A DNA stretch of 64,000 nt, from positions 45,677,636 through 45,741,635 of the forward strand of contig NC_085841.1 of NCBI RefSeq assembly GCF_035594765.1, written 5' to 3'. The DNA comes from Anolis carolinensis (Eukaryota). The notes beneath the pieces are model-generated. The model did no database searches. It was not told the origin of the DNA and saw nothing but the letters and a program-made list of their open reading frames with translations. Numbering within the stretch: the first letter of the stretch is position 1; each line of letters begins with the position of its first letter. Made by a program: the position numbers and the translations under genes. Positions 62,740 through 64,000 of the stretch are shown here, piece by piece.

Positions 62740-63890
62740 AGAGGCTCGCCAACCCGGTCAAGAACCCCACTCAAGAGCCGCAAACCGGGGTCCTATTTCT
62801 CCTAGTGGTCACGTTGTGGTCAGCGAAAAAGGGACCCGTCATGATCCATGCCATGATAGACTCAGGAGCAACAAACAATTTCATCGATAGAGAGTATGCC
62901 GACTCTCTGGGATTACAATATCACGATTTCAAGAACGCCCGGGTGGTGCAGGCTATCGATGGCCGTCCCCTAAAGATGGGTCCAGTAAGTCAATGGACTG
63001 AACCCACCAGGATGTGGATAAGAGAACACATGGAAGCAATTTCCTTCTTTGTTACCGAGGTGCCCCACTTCCCTGTGATTTTGGGAATTCCATGGCTGAC
63101 GCTCCACGACCCAAACATCTCCTGGACCAACAGAGAACTACAGTTTGCTTCAAAATATTGCCAAAACCATTGTCTAGTAGCCAAGGTCTGCCATGCCACA
63201 GACGCTGAGCCCATCATCACCTTACCCAAGAAATATTCAGACTTTTGGGATGTATTCACTGAAAAGGAAGCCGAGAAACTACCCCCACATAGACCTTATG
63301 ACTGTGCCATTGACTTGGTGGAGGGGGCCCCGATCCCGCGAGGACACCTCTACTCCCTGACTGAACCAGAGCAAGAAGCTCTCAGGGAGTTCATAGAGTC
63401 AAATCTTCGCAAGGGATTCATCAGACCCTCTCAATCCCCAGCTGCCTCCCCGGTGATGTTTGTGAAAAAGAAGTCAGGGGACCTACGCTTGGTTGTGGAC
63501 TATAGAGCATTGAACAATACCACGAAGCGGAACCGCTACCCGCTGCCTTTGATCTCGGACCTATTAGACCGGCTTCGAGGGGCCAAGGTTTACACCAAGC
63601 TGGATCTCCGGGGGGCTTACAATCTAGTTCGCATCAGAGAAGGGGACGAATGGAAAACCGCCTTCCAGACCAAATTCGGATTATTCGAGTCCCTAGTCAT
63701 GAATTTCGGTTTATCCGGAGCTCCCGCAACGTTCCAGCATTTTGTCAACGATATCTTCCAGGATTATCTAGATCGGTTCTTGATCATATACTTGGACGAT
63801 TTTTTGATGTTTTCTAGATCACAATCGGAGCACGAAAAACATGTCAGAATGGTGCTACAACGGTTGCGGGATCATGGACTATATGCCAAG
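62700..63890 (+). CDS. Gypsy Pol (protease + RT N-terminal part) in -1 frame, interrupted at 63890
   Basis: AMIDSGATNNFID protease; LPPHRPYDC, LRLVVDYRALN, DEWKTAF, YLDD (63789-63800); same frame at all points checked. Confidence 0.92.
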
Positions 63891-64000
63891 TGTCACGACC
63901 CAGGCTGCAGAGCACCAATAACCATACACAGAGGCCAGAATCTATCTAATATCTTTATTAAGGAAATATATAAAGTCAATAATAATAAGTGTAGAATGTT
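63891..64000 (-). mobile_element. 3' end of a related LTR inserted antisense into pol (runs off the window)
   Basis: Reverse complement closely matches 61600-61709 with several substitutions; starts with TGT right after ...HGLYAK. Confidence 0.9.

Noticed and set aside
61753-63890. Domesticated PEG10/RTL-like gene
   Set aside because: Has an LTR and PBS, sits inside an L2, and pol is disrupted by another LTR; it is a transposon copy.

Overview
Vertebrate (squamate, most likely Anolis-type lizard, inferred from the repeat complement) genomic DNA. The + strand carries the last ~9 coding exons of the kinesin gene KIF6 (coiled-coil/tail region, 4852 to ~58251), reconstructed by hand with consistent GT-AG sites and phases. 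The introns and 3' flank are full of transposable elements: CR1, L2, BovB and Penelope pieces, three SINE families, hAT/Tc1/Harbinger-type MITEs, a Helitron-like mosaic, three solo Gypsy LTRs with 5-bp TSDs, and a young Tf1/sushi-type Gypsy element (LTR-gag-pol) nested in an L2 and itself interrupted by a related LTR. Main observation: all four complete Gypsy LTRs, although different in sequence and length, open with a stop-free reading frame in the same phase (T|GTN). These frames encode 85-200 aa acidic/basic peptides with chromatin-tethering-like short motifs: up to three tandem helix+acidic+FxGF motifs resembling LEDGF/TFIIS-N-domain-binding motifs, whose repeat copies differ by synonymous changes, and an HMGN-like RRSARIAA. 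I propose these are LTR-encoded integrase C-terminal targeting tails. This is a hypothesis; the 3' end of pol is outside the window. Also notable: a self-priming PBS, and a GC-rich foreign exon-like segment in a KIF6 intron that could serve as an alternative last exon.
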